A stretch of DNA of 62,623 bases, counting the filler, from an uncultured bacterium (lineage in GTDB: Bacteria > UBA8481), in assembly GCA_964499705.1 (NCBI GenBank). It is 5 parts of 5 records of this genome, joined end to end, with 100 filler letters (N's around TTAATTAATTAA, not from the genome) between each part and the next. Parts side by side here need not be neighbours in the genome. Positions count along the whole stretch, not along the records: positions 1 to 8,942 come from CAZCME010000001.1; positions 9,043 to 31,321 come from CAZCME010000010.1; 3 more parts are not named here. One strand, written 5' to 3'. Both the position numbers and the translations under genes were made by a program. The first letter of the stretch is position 1; every line of letters begins with the position of its first letter. The notes below the pieces were generated by a model. The model was not told where the DNA came from and ran no database searches. It saw nothing but the letters and a program-made list of their open reading frames with translations. This document shows positions 1 through 9,545 of this stretch, one piece after another.

Positions 1-2
1 TA

Positions 3-3000
3 TCGCTTGCAGGAGTGCGAACGCTATCGGCGAACGACACATATTTCTGGCGCGTTCTTGCCGTCGACAGCGCGACGAACTCGACTGTAACTGTAAGCCG
101 GCAGCTTCGTATCGACACCACAGCGCCGACCGCGGTCGTGCTCGTTACGCCGACATCGAACACAGATACGAATGTCACGACGATCACGTTCACATGGACG
201 GCTTCGACCGACAACGTTGCGATCTCCGGATATCGGCTTCAGATCGATACGGCGAATACGTTCGTCTCGCTCGTTGCTGATTCGGCGACAGGGCTTTCTC
301 TCGCCGGGACGCGAACGCTCATAGCTAACGACACGTATTTCTGGCGCGTGCTCGCGATCGACAGCGCGACGAACTCAACCGCGTTGGTGAGCCGCCAGCT
401 TCGAATTGACACGACGGCGCCGACGGCGGTCGGGCTCGTTGCGCCGACATCGAACACAGATACGAATGTCACGACGATCACGTTCACATGGACGGCTTCG
501 ACCGACAACGTTGCGATCTCCGGATATCGGCTTCAGATCGATACGGCGAATACGTTCGTCTCGCTCGTTGCTGATTCGGCGACAGGGCTTTCTCTCGCCG
601 GGACGCGAACGCTCATAGCTAACGACACGTATTTCTGGCGCGTGCTCGCGATCGACAGCGCGACGAACTCGACGGCGTCGGTATCGCGACGATTTCATGT
701 CGACACGGCACCGCCGACGCGCCCGATACTGGGCACAAAAAACGGCAATTTCTCGACGACGCTTGTGACGGAAACGTGGTTGCCATCGAATGATTCGGTA
801 ACGGCGCTCGCCTTTTACATCGTCCAGATTGACACAGCAGGCACCTTTACTTTCCTGGTTGAGTCCACCACAATCGCTTACAACGTCACCAGCTACCTGA
901 GCGCTGTCATCAATATCGACACGTATTACTGGAGAGTTCTTGCCTATGATAGCGCCGGAAACTTCTCGATATCGAGTCCGATCGTCGACAGTTTCCGAAT
1001 CATAAGTTCGGACACGACGCCGCCGAGCGCATTTGCGTTGACGGCGCCTCAGGATCTCGCCGAGACCCTCACTACGACGATCACGCTGCGGTGGGCCGAT
1101 TCGCTCGATTCTTCTCCGCCTGTGCGATACCAAGTGCAGGTTGATACAGTCGGCACGTTCTTCTCCAACATTATCGATACCACGAATCTGCTCGATACTT
1201 TCCTCGTGGCCACCTTCCCGGCCAATGATACGTTCTTCTGGCGCGTCATTGCGAAGGACAATGCGGGCAATACCGTCGCCGCCGGTTCGACTCGGCGCAT
1301 CGTGGTCGATACGGCCTCTCCTGTCGCCGGCTCACTGATCGCGCCGACAACCCCGACGGATACAATGCTGACCTCCATTACGTTCCGCTGGAATACGTCA
1401 ACGGACACCGGCGCCGGAGTCGCGAGCTATCGGTTGCAGGTCGATACGGCGAACACGTTCGTTCTCCTCGTCGCCGACTCTTCGACCGGCGTCGCGACGT
1501 CGCAGGTTCTGGCTCTCGCGGCCAACGACACTTACTACTGGCGGATTATCACGGCGGACGACGCAGGGAATACGGTTGCGTCGTCAAGCTTTACGCTTTT
1601 AGTGGACACAACTCCGCCGACGACGGCTGCGCCTCTGACGCCGGTGGCAGGACACGAGACGCGCGCGACATTGATAAGCTTCACGTGGTCTTCTTCGATC
1701 GACGCGCTCTCGGGCGTGATCGGATATCGGATACAGGTCGATACTTCGAATACTTTCACGAACCTCCGCGCCGACTCGGCGACGGGCCTGGCGACGGCGG
1801 AGACTCTCGCGCTTGCGGCTAATGACACATATTACTGGCGAATCGTCACGGCCGACGACGCGGGAAATACCGTGACTATCGCGGGTACCCGGCTCGTCGT
1901 CGATACTCGTCCGCCCAATGCCGCGACGAACATCGCTCCCGTTAGCGGCACGGAGACACGATCGACGACGATAACTTTTATGTGGACTTCCGGATCCGAC
2001 ACCGGCACTGGCGTGAACAGTTATAGGCTTCAGATCGATACAAGCGGGTTCTTCGCGTCGCCGCTTCTCGATTCATCGACCGGTTTGTTGACGAGCGGGA
2101 CAGTGACACTTGCGGCGAACGACACATATTTCTGGCGCATGATTACGGTTGACGATGCGGGGAACACGGCGGCGGCGGCGTCATCGACGATTCTTGTGGA
2201 CACCATGCCTCCAGGGGTTCCTGTGATCGACACGCCCGCGCGCGGCGCGGACACGGTTTCTCCGGTTGCGTTACAGTGGATCGGAACCACGGACTCGCTC
2301 TCGGGACTCTCCGGGTATCGCATCGAGATCGACACGACCGGAACATTCGCGGGCCCTCTGGTGAAAAGTTTCTTCGACACCGGGACCGAGACGACGATCG
2401 CGCTGGCGATCGACACATATTTCTGGCGCGTCATCGCGATCGACGATGTCGGCAACTCGACAGTGGCTTCATCCGAGAGCTTCCGAGTTCTGTCCGGCGA
2501 CACGACTCGACCGGAGAGCTTCCCACTGACGGCGCCGGCGCATGGTACGGAGACCACTTCGACTACTGTGACGTTCCGGTGGGGCAACTCGAAAGATTCC
2601 TCGCCGCCGATCACATACAGGCTGTTCGTGGATACGGATTTCGCGGGAAGCTATGCGATCGATACGATGGTTACCGATACGTTCGTAACCGTGACGCTCC
2701 CGGCGAACGACACGCTCTTCTGGCGCGTCATCGCGATCGACGTGGCGGGCAATACGACCGTGATCGGCGATTCGCGCGTCGTGGTGGACACGCGCCCGCC
2801 GACATTGGCCGGTCTCGTTTCGCCGATCAGCGGAGCTTCCGCCGTTTATCTGACACCCGTGCCGTTCGATTGGAATGCCTCTTTTGATTCGATCGCGGGA
2901 CTCTCGCGGTATCGCTTGCAGATTGATCGCAATACGACATATGCCGCGCCGGTATACGATGCGTATCTTTCTGCTCCGGATACATCCGTGAATCTGGCGA

Positions 3001-5120
3001 TCGATACGTATTATTGGAGAGTGCTGGCCGAGGACGAGCTGGGAAATATCTCCGTGACCAGTTCCGAGTCGTTCCGCGTCATGGCGCCCGCGGAGACCGT
3101 TCCGCCGGAAACATTCGCGCTCCTTGCACCCGCGCAAGGGACGGAGACCAGCGCAACGACGGTAACGTTCACATGGAGCACGGCCAATGACTCGTCACCT
3201 CCGATCACATATCGCCTCATCGTCGATACGGACATGACCGGATCGTACGTCGTCGACACATCGATAGTGACAATCACGACGGCAACGGTGAAGTTGCCCG
3301 CGAACGACACTTATCTCTGGCGAATCATCGCGCGCGATGTGAATGCGAACTCGACGACGGTCGGCGATTCGAGGCTTGCGGTCGATACCTCTCCTCCGGG
3401 CCCCGCGAATCCGATCTTCCCGATAAAGGGAGATCGCGTCTTTTCGCCGACAATGCTGATGTGGAACGCGTCGTCCGATTCCATTTCCGGCATCGTAAGA
3501 TACCGGATCCAGATCGACACGAGCGGATCATTTGTCGCGCCGCGTGTTGACAGTTGGCAGTTCACATCAGCGGATACGACGGCTGCTCTGGAGTCGGGCA
3601 TCTTCTACTGGCGCGTTCTCGCGTACGACGATCTTGGTAACACTTCCGCGAGCGCGACGGAAACCTTCACCATGGCTGGTATGGACACTGTCGCGCCGAT
3701 TGTTCTCGGTTCGCCGATATCATCGCCATCGACAGTCAATAATACGGGAACGACGACTGCGGTCATCACGATCACAGTGGATGATTCGAATGCGGTCAGT
3801 GATGTCTTTGTCAATCTCTCGCCGCTTGGACAGGGCGAATCGACTCCGGCGACGCAGGTGACGGATACAGTCTGGACCATCACCATCATCTTCGATTCGT
3901 CGGTGCTCGGCGATACCTATGATCTGAAAGTGACGATCATCGATCCCGCCAACAACACTTCGACGACGACGGTAAGGATCATCGTGACAGACTTGACGCC
4001 CTCCATGACTGATATTGCCTGGCAGCCTATGCGCCAAGAAGAGATGGCGGGAAATGAAATATCGATCATCTCATCGTACGGCGACTCCTATGCTTCAGTG
4101 CGCTACGAATTCCGTCCATCAACAGGTGGCGCGTGGCAGATCGTTCCATCGAATCGTCCGAACCCGGACACTCAGGCACCCTTCTGGGGCATCTACTGGG
4201 TCGTACCGGATACCTTGCCGGATGGATCGTACGACGTTCGAGCTGTCGGTACCGACAAGCTCGGCAACACCGACGCGAATCCTTCTTATCTGCGCATTGC
4301 CTTGAACCGCACGGACTCGACGGTTCAGGAGTATCGTGAAGGATCGACGCATATCAGGCGGCAGAGGTTCTCGCCGTACGAGTCGGGAACGATCATGATC
4401 GCCGACGGCGGAACGAGATTCGACCTGCCGGTCGGCGGCGTCTCCGAGACAGTCTGGATCCGAGTCGCGATCCTCGATACGGCCCCGGAGACCGCGCCGC
4501 TCGGTCCAGGCGTTCAGGCGCCGCTAGGCGGAGCGTTCAGGCTTTTTGCGCGCGAGGATGGAAAGCGAACCTTCGCCAAGGCGTTCACGCTCCGGATTCC
4601 TTATCAGGACACGGATCTCTTGGCCGACGGAATCGGACAGACATCGATCAATGAAGATCGATTGAATCTGTACTGGTGGGATGATGTGACGCACAGTTGG
4701 ATCAGGGATCAGAACTGCCGGGTCGACGCGGTCAACAATGTCGTCATCTGCCAGGTGAACCACTTCACGCTCTTCGCGGTGCTGGCGGGCCAGGATACGA
4801 AGCCGAACCTGCAGAGCCTCATCGTATACCCGAACCCGTTCGTCCCGAACGACGGGCGCGCGGCCAACGGCATGCCGTTCCAGGCGGGCGACCAAACGAG
4901 CGGAATCATCTTCGATGGTCTGACGGCGCAGGCGACAATTACGATCTACAGCGCGGCGGGCCGGCGCGTCGCGGAGATGTCGAAGAACTCAGCGGAAGGC
5001 CGGTTCCACTGGGATGCGCGGGGGGATGATGGAAGAGAGCTGGCGTCCGGCGTGTACATGGCGGTCGTGAAATCCGGTTCCGTCGAGACATCAGTGAAGA
5101 AGATCATGATCATCCGATGA
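3..5120 (+). CDS. Giant Fn3/Ig-like repeat surface protein with ZU5/GPS-like region and C-terminal T9SS-type-A/FlgD-Ig-like sorting domain (5' truncated)
   Basis: Frame is open from position 3 (SLAGVRTL matches the repeat). About 13 repeats of ~95-98 aa (DTTAP...ITFTW...YRLQID...TYFWRVLAxD). C-terminus has YPNPF...ITIYSAAGRRV...WDARGDDGRELASGVY...KKIMIIR. Confidence 0.8.
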   Translation, partial: SLAGVRTLSANDTYFWRVLAVDSATNSTVTVSRQLRIDTTAPTAVVLVTPTSNTDTNVTTITFTWTASTDNVAISGYRLQIDTANTFVSLVADSATGLSLAGTRTLIANDTYFWRVLAIDSATNSTALVSRQLRIDTTAPTAVGLVAPTSNTDTNVTTITFTWTASTDNVAISGYRLQIDTANTFVSLVADSATGLSLAGTRTLIANDTYFWRVLAIDSATNSTASVSRRFHVDTAPPTRPILGTKNGNFSTTLVTETWLPSNDSVTALAFYIVQIDTAGTFTFLVESTTIAYNVTSYLSAVINIDTYYWRVLAYDSAGNFSISSPIVDSFRIISSDTTPPSAFALTAPQDLAETLTTTITLRWADSLDSSPPVRYQVQVDTVGTFFSNIIDTTNLLDTFLVATFPANDTFFWRVIAKDNAGNTVAAGSTRRIVVDTASPVAGSLIAPTTPTDTMLTSITFRWNTSTDTGAGVASYRLQVDTANTFVLLVADSSTGVATSQVLALAANDTYYWRIITADDAGNTVASSSFTLLVDTTPPTTAAPLTPVAGHETRATLISFTWSSSIDALSGVIGYRIQVDTSNTFTNLRADSATGLATAETLALAANDTYYWRIVTADDAGNTVTIAGTRLVVDTRPPNAATNIAPVSGTETRSTTITFMWTSGSDTGTGVNSYRLQIDTSGFFASPLLDSSTGLLTSGTVTLAANDTYFWRMITVDDAGNTAAAASSTILVDTMPPGVPVIDTPARGADTVSPVALQWIGTTDSLSGLSGYRIEIDTTGTFAGPLVKSFFDTGTETTIALAIDTYFWRVIAIDDVGNSTVASSESFRVLSGDTTRPESFPLTAPAHGTETTSTTVTFRWGNSKDSSPPITYRLFVDTDFAGSYAIDTMVTDTFVTVTLPANDTLFWRVIAIDVAGNTTVIGDSRVVVDTRPPTLAGLVSPISGASAVYLTPVPFDWNASFDSIAGLSRYRLQIDRNTTYAAPVYDAYLSAPDTSVNLAIDTYYWRVLAEDELGNISVTSSESFRVMAPAETVPPETFALLAPAQGTETSATTVTFTWSTANDSSPPITYRLIVDTDMTGSYVVDTSIVTITTATVKLPANDTYLWRIIARDVNANSTTVGDSRLAVDTSPPGPANPIFPIKGDRVFSPTMLMWNASSDSISGIVRYRIQIDTSGSFVAPRVDSWQFTSADTTAALESGIFYWRVLAYDDLGNTSASATETFTMAGMDTVAPIVLGSPISSPSTVNNTGTTTAVITITVDDSNAVSDVFVNLSPLGQGESTPATQVTDTVWTITIIFDSSVLGDTYDLKVTIIDPANNTSTTTVRIIVTDLTPSMTDIAWQPMRQEEMAGNEISIISSYGDSYASVRYEFRPSTGGAWQIVPSNRPNPDTQAPFWGIYWVVPDTLPDGSYDVRAVGTDKLGNTDANPSYLRIALNRTDSTVQEYREGSTHIRRQRFSPYESGTIMIADGGTRFDLPVGGVSETVWIRVAILDTAPETAPLGPGVQAPLGGAFRLFAREDGKRTFAKAFTLRIPYQDTDLLADGIGQTSINEDRLNLYWWDDVTHSWIRDQNCRVDAVNNVVICQVNHFTLFAVLAGQDTKPNLQSLIVYPNPFVPNDGRAANGMPFQAGDQTSGIIFDGLTAQATITIYSAAGRRVAEMSKNSAEGRFHWDARGDDGRELASGVYMAVVKSGSVETSVKKIMIIR
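148..670 (+). repeat. Near-identical intragenic tandem duplication, 294-nt period
   Basis: 148-376 and 442-670 read identical at DNA level (cgccgacatcgaacacag...gacagcgcgacgaactc). Confidence 0.85.
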
Positions 5121-6616
5121 GATCGCGGAATCCTCAACCGAATGTGGATGCAGGGGGGGCACGCACCACGGCGGCTCGAAGACGCGACCGTACGATAAGG
5201 GGTTGCTGCATGTGCCTGGTGTTGATTTGTGTTACTGATGCTCATGCATCCGGTTCCAGCGGAGCCGGAACTACAGGCGCGACATTTCTGGAGATCGGCA
5301 CAGGGGCCCGGGCGGCAGCGATGGGAGAAGCAAACGCGGCGTGGGCCGACGATGTGTACGGCATGCATTTCAATCCTGCAGGCATCGCGGCGGTCCGGCG
5401 TCAGGAAGTCGGCTTTGCGCATAACACGCTCTTCCTGGACCTCGACTACGACTACGTCGGATATTTGCATCCGCTGGGCGACGCCTCGTCGCTCGCGGTC
5501 AGCGGAACATACGTCGACCTGGGAACATTCGAGCGACGCGAGATTGTCGCGGGCGGAGGATCGTCCGCCGTTCTCGGGAGCGCCTCCGCATACGATCTCT
5601 CCTTCTCCGTCACCTACGCGAGGACTCTTTCCGAAATCATCGATCTGGGCGGCAGCGTGAAGGTGATTCACGAGACGCTGGACAATTACAGCGCCAGCGC
5701 CGTCGCGGTAGACCTCGGCGCGAAGTGGCGTCCTCCGATCGAAGGCCTGACGGTCGGCCTCTCCGTGTTGAATCTCGGCTCCTCCCTGAAATTCGTTTCG
5801 GCCGGCGACGAACTGCCGATCACGGTCAGAGCCGGCGCCGGATACAGATCGATTAACGGCCGATGGGGGCTTAATTCGGATATCGTGTATGTCAAGAACC
5901 AGGATATCGAAGGCGGGATCGGCGGCGAATTATGGGTCTGGCCGGATCATGTCGCATTCCGGGCGGGCGCGAATTCGGCGAACGACGCGGGCAGCGGGTT
6001 CACGGTCGGCGCGGGTTTCAAGTGGAATGACATTATTCTGGATTACGCCTATGTGCCTTTCGGAGATCTGGGCGATCAGAATCTCATTTCGCTGTCGTAT
6101 CAATTCGGTTCCACGCATGGCGCGCAGCCGAAGCGAAGCAAGTCGACCGAGCGAACGAATATGGAACACACAAGTGTGGAACGCGGACGCATGGATCAAA
6201 CTGTCGCGGAACCCGCCGGCGCGGGTCACGCAAGGACGGATGATGTACGCCCGGCAGCGAATCGAATGCCGGAGGACGTATTGCCGATGCCGGCGCCGTG
6301 GGGGATCGCCCTTTCGCCCTTCGTCTACCGGTCGGGACCGTCGGAATTCGAGTGGATCGGCGGCGCGACTTCGGAAGTGCTCGCAAAGGGATGGAAGGCG
6401 CGCGGATGGGTGAATCCCGTTGCGAGATCCGCGCGTTTCACCGTGGACGGCGAATGTTGGGTCGTGGGCCGGGCTCTGATCCTGGCCGCGAGGCTGTCGG
6501 GACCGGGATTTCTGTTTGAGGCGAGCGTCGGAGGCGACGTGGGTAAGCCGTTTCTCGCATGGCGCGAGCTTCAGGAAAAGATTAATGTAGCTCTTCATGA
6601 TCGCGGCCTCCCTTGA
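5117..6616 (+). CDS. PorV/PorQ-family outer-membrane beta-barrel with C-terminal extension (true start may be downstream, near 5210)
   Basis: GATFLEIGTGARAAAMGEA...DDVYGMHFNPAGIA motif, alternating beta-strands ending LSYQF, AHA signal-peptidase site, directly after a CTD-bearing protein. Confidence 0.75.
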   Translation: MRSRNPQPNVDAGGARTTAARRRDRTIRGCCMCLVLICVTDAHASGSSGAGTTGATFLEIGTGARAAAMGEANAAWADDVYGMHFNPAGIAAVRRQEVGFAHNTLFLDLDYDYVGYLHPLGDASSLAVSGTYVDLGTFERREIVAGGGSSAVLGSASAYDLSFSVTYARTLSEIIDLGGSVKVIHETLDNYSASAVAVDLGAKWRPPIEGLTVGLSVLNLGSSLKFVSAGDELPITVRAGAGYRSINGRWGLNSDIVYVKNQDIEGGIGGELWVWPDHVAFRAGANSANDAGSGFTVGAGFKWNDIILDYAYVPFGDLGDQNLISLSYQFGSTHGAQPKRSKSTERTNMEHTSVERGRMDQTVAEPAGAGHARTDDVRPAANRMPEDVLPMPAPWGIALSPFVYRSGPSEFEWIGGATSEVLAKGWKARGWVNPVARSARFTVDGECWVVGRALILAARLSGPGFLFEASVGGDVGKPFLAWRELQEKINVALHDRGLP

Positions 6617-6631
6617 ATATCAATCAACAGG

Positions 6632-7429
6632 ATGGACAGGATGAATAGGATGAGTCCTGCATCTGTCATGGTCGTCCGCGAGCTCGTGAAAGAGTATCGG
6701 ATCGACCGTCGAAAATTCGTGAAGGCGGTCGATGGGATTTCGTTCGAGGTGCGAAGAGGGGAGACGCTCGCTCTTGTCGGGCCCAACGGCGCGGGCAAGA
6801 CGACGACGCTGAAGATCATCGCGGGCATACTCGCGCCCACGAGCGGGCGGTCGGAGATGGCCGGGATCGGAACCGAGGCCGGAGCGAAGATCGGCTATCT
6901 GCCGGAGATTCCCGCCCTGTACCCGTTCCTGACGGGCAGGCAGCACCTCGAATATTTCCTGCGTCTGCTGACCCCCGGCCGGAACGGCTCGGCGGGTGCC
7001 GCCGCGGGCTCAGCGGGCGGCAGGATCGAATCTTTCCTCGATCGCGTCGGCTTGGCGGATGCGGCGTGTCGTCGCGCCGACGGCTATTCCCGCGGCATGC
7101 GGGTCCGGCTGGGACTGGCCATTGCTTTGCTCCGAGACCCGGAGCTTCTTCTGTTGGACGAGCCGTTCTCGGGAATCGACCCGCTGGGACGAATACAGAT
7201 CAGGGATCTGCTGAAGGAACTCCGCGCGGAGGGAAAGTCGATTCTTATCTCCACGCATGACCTAGATGAAGCGGGGCGGCTGAGCGATCGCATCGGTCTG
7301 ATGGTCGAGGGAAGGATGCGACGTATCGGTTCACCCACGGACGTGGCGGGTCGCGGTACTTTGGAAGAGGCATTTCTCGCGGAAGCCATGCCGAGTGCGG
7401 CATCGTCCCGACCGACGGCGCGCTCATGA
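6632..7429 (+). CDS. ABC transporter ATP-binding protein (PilH-like)
   Basis: Walker A GPNGAGKT, signature YSRGM, Walker B LLLDEP, H-loop STH. Confidence 0.9.
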   Translation: MDRMNRMSPASVMVVRELVKEYRIDRRKFVKAVDGISFEVRRGETLALVGPNGAGKTTTLKIIAGILAPTSGRSEMAGIGTEAGAKIGYLPEIPALYPFLTGRQHLEYFLRLLTPGRNGSAGAAAGSAGGRIESFLDRVGLADAACRRADGYSRGMRVRLGLAIALLRDPELLLLDEPFSGIDPLGRIQIRDLLKELRAEGKSILISTHDLDEAGRLSDRIGLMVEGRMRRIGSPTDVAGRGTLEEAFLAEAMPSAASSRPTARS

Positions 7430-8187
7430 GGCAAACGCTTGTCATCGCTTCGAACACATGGAAGGACGCCGAACAATACCGGCTCTTCTGGCCATTCCTG
7501 GGCTTCGCGGGAATGCTGCTGCTTGTGGCCATAACGATCAAGGATCTCACGCTTGTCGACGACATCCGCGTATTCGAGGACATGGGTTTTTTCGGAATCG
7601 CGTTCTGCGGCAATCTGCTCGCCGTTTTCCTGGCCGCCGATCTGTTGCTGTCGGAAACGGAGAGAGGAACGCTGGACTTGCACGTCGCGTTCGGTGTGTC
7701 GCGGACGGCGATTCTGGCCGGACGATACCTGGGTGTCGTGTCCGTCATCGCCTATGCGTTCGGATTGATGGGCGCGACGTTCCTGACCATGGATTCCGTT
7801 CTAGCGGGCCGATTCGAGCCGGCTCTTGGGGCTGCAGCGATTCTTCTGGCGGGCGAGGGAATCGTTCTTGCGTCGCTCTCCATGGCGTTCGCGACGTTTC
7901 TCCCGCGCGCGCCGGCCATGATCCTCGCCTTCGGTTTTTTTCTTGTCGGCCATTTCGGGCATGAAGTTCTGGTTCTGACGACAAGCGGCAACCTGGTCCT
8001 GGCGACGCTCGGGAACGCAGCATACTTTCTTCTGCCGCATCTGGAGCTCTTCAATCTGTACGGCGCGTGGATCATGGGGGATCCGCGCACGCCGACGGAA
8101 ACCATGTTGATCGGGCTCTACTCGCTGGTGTACGCGGGCGGTGTGTTCTCCGTGGCGGTACTGACGTTCGGCTCGAAGCGGAAATGA
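7426..8187 (+). CDS. ABC-2 type permease (PilI-like)
   Basis: About six hydrophobic helices, ETERGTL motif, ATGA overlap with the ATPase gene. Confidence 0.8.
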   Translation: MRQTLVIASNTWKDAEQYRLFWPFLGFAGMLLLVAITIKDLTLVDDIRVFEDMGFFGIAFCGNLLAVFLAADLLLSETERGTLDLHVAFGVSRTAILAGRYLGVVSVIAYAFGLMGATFLTMDSVLAGRFEPALGAAAILLAGEGIVLASLSMAFATFLPRAPAMILAFGFFLVGHFGHEVLVLTTSGNLVLATLGNAAYFLLPHLELFNLYGAWIMGDPRTPTETMLIGLYSLVYAGGVFSVAVLTFGSKRK

Positions 8188-8849
8188 TCGCGCGCACGTA
8201 TCGGGCCGCGATCATGTTGGCGCCGGCGAGCTTAATGGCGGCATACGCTATCGCGGCACATCTCGATCGTCCGCTGCGGGACGATCTTCCGCTGGGAGGC
8301 CGGTTCCCCGCCTCTCGTCGTGCCGTCGCCAATTTCCTCTGGATCGCCGCCGTTCACGATTTCCCGTATAATGCACGCGATCTGGGAGCGAGGCGCATCG
8401 CCGGAAATCGCTCCAGGATTCTCCTCGCGCTGAAGCTCGATCCGCGCTTCCGAGAGATCTATCCGTTCGCGCCGGCCGCTCTCATTCTCTGGAACGACAC
8501 CGCCACGGCGCGGCGATTGGTCGACGAGGGGATCTCCCGTTTTCCGGATTACGGCTGGCTGAGGCTCCTGCGAGGTGGCTACATGGCCATCGTCATGGAC
8601 AAGAAACCCGCCGAGGCGATCCCGCACCTCGAAGCGGCTTCGGCTCTGCCGGGCGCTCCCCCAGTCACGCTCCAGCTTCTCGCCCTCGCCCACCACCAGG
8701 CCGGCGACGACGAGAAGGCGCGCGTGGTCCTGGAAGCTCTCGACCGGCTCGGCGGAGAATATGCCGAGTGGGCAGCGGCGGCGCGAAGGGGCGATTGGCC
8801 GGGCGAGGTGCCGAAACAACTTGACGGGAGAGGTAAAAATGGTGTATAA
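8184..8849 (+). CDS. Membrane-anchored TPR-like protein (PilG-like)
   Basis: ATGA overlap at 8184, N-terminal TM segment, ANFLWI...LDPRFREIY motif, helical repeats. Confidence 0.55.
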   Translation: MIARTYRAAIMLAPASLMAAYAIAAHLDRPLRDDLPLGGRFPASRRAVANFLWIAAVHDFPYNARDLGARRIAGNRSRILLALKLDPRFREIYPFAPAALILWNDTATARRLVDEGISRFPDYGWLRLLRGGYMAIVMDKKPAEAIPHLEAASALPGAPPVTLQLLALAHHQAGDDEKARVVLEALDRLGGEYAEWAAAARRGDWPGEVPKQLDGRGKNGV

Positions 8850-8850
8850 G
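8821..8850 (+). promoter_or_regulatory. Putative sigma70 promoter for the next, truncated gene
   Basis: TTGACG-N18-TATAAG. Confidence 0.4.
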
Positions 8851-8904
8851 CAAGATGTAAGCGGTTACAACGATATTATTGGAGATGAAGAGGGAGTGTG
8901 CCGC

Positions 8905-8942
8905 ATGGCGGGTGAAACGACGATTCACAGGAGCGGGAGAGG
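8905..8942 (+). CDS. 5' fragment MAGETTIHRSGRG, possible prepilin leader
   Basis: GGGAG SD-like motif upstream; short basic leader ending in Gly at the contig edge; follows pilHIG-like genes. Confidence 0.3.
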
Positions 8943-9042
8943 NNNNNNNNNNNNNNNNNNNNNNNNNNNNNNNNNNNNNNNNNNNNTTAATTAATTAANN
9001 NNNNNNNNNNNNNNNNNNNNNNNNNNNNNNNNNNNNNNNNNN
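8943..9042. other. Artificial contig spacer
   Basis: N-run + TTAATTAATTAA (stops in six frames) + N-run. Confidence 0.98.
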
Positions 9043-9043
9043 C

Positions 9044-9208
9044 GAAGGTCGCAAGCAGTCGCGCCTTCGCATCGTCGCGCACTCCGTCGAGTTCCTCGCG
9101 CGTAAGGGCGGCAACGGTCACGACACGGACGCGGAACACGCTGACACACAGAACGCGCCGACGGCGGCACACACGGCGGAAGCTCTCGAAGAAGAGATTC
9201 CGTTCTGA
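9044..9208 (+). CDS. ssb: Single-stranded DNA-binding protein, 3' fragment (absent from ORF track)
   Basis: Manual translation EGRKQSRLRIVAHSVEFL...AEALEEEIPF*: last OB strand plus acidic IPF tail. Confidence 0.85.
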   Translation, partial: EGRKQSRLRIVAHSVEFLARKGGNGHDTDAEHADTQNAPTAAHTAEALEEEIPF

Positions 9209-9278
9209 CGACTCGAAGCCGTGGCTCGCTCACGCGAAGCCACGGCTTCTCATTTCTCACATCAAGGAGGTTAAGAAC

Positions 9279-9506
9279 ATGGTCGCAGTCACGCATGCAA
9301 CACCCGGTTTTCTCTCGCTCGATCGTCCGGCGCAGAACGCCGCCGTGAACGCACTCGCACGCCTCTGCATCGCTAAAACGGATGACTGGCTCTACTCGGT
9401 ACCGGCGGAGGAGATCCCCGGCGGACTTCCCGACGGATCGCTCTACGTTTTCTTCGCTCAGAACGAGACCGGCAATTTCACGGCAATGCTCGGAAGCGAG
9501 TACTGA
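9279..9506 (+). CDS. Small hypothetical mobile-element protein
   Basis: AAGGAGG SD; C-terminal TAMLGSEY resembles the T-x-L-L-P-x-E-Y ending of small plasmid/ICE proteins. Confidence 0.65.
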   Translation: MVAVTHATPGFLSLDRPAQNAAVNALARLCIAKTDDWLYSVPAEEIPGGLPDGSLYVFFAQNETGNFTAMLGSEY

Positions 9507-9545
9507 TCGCCCCGCAGAACGGGGCACACCCCAAGGAGGTGGAAC

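Noticed and set aside
1-12. TAT CGC TTG CAG reads YRLQ, like the repeat motif, in another frame, suggesting a frameshift
   Set aside because: Frame 3 gives SLAGVRTL, which matches the repeat unit at this position; coincidence.
8987-8998. TTAATTAATTAA palindrome occurring four times
   Set aside because: Always flanked by N-runs; artificial contig linker. ORFs crossing it are artefacts.
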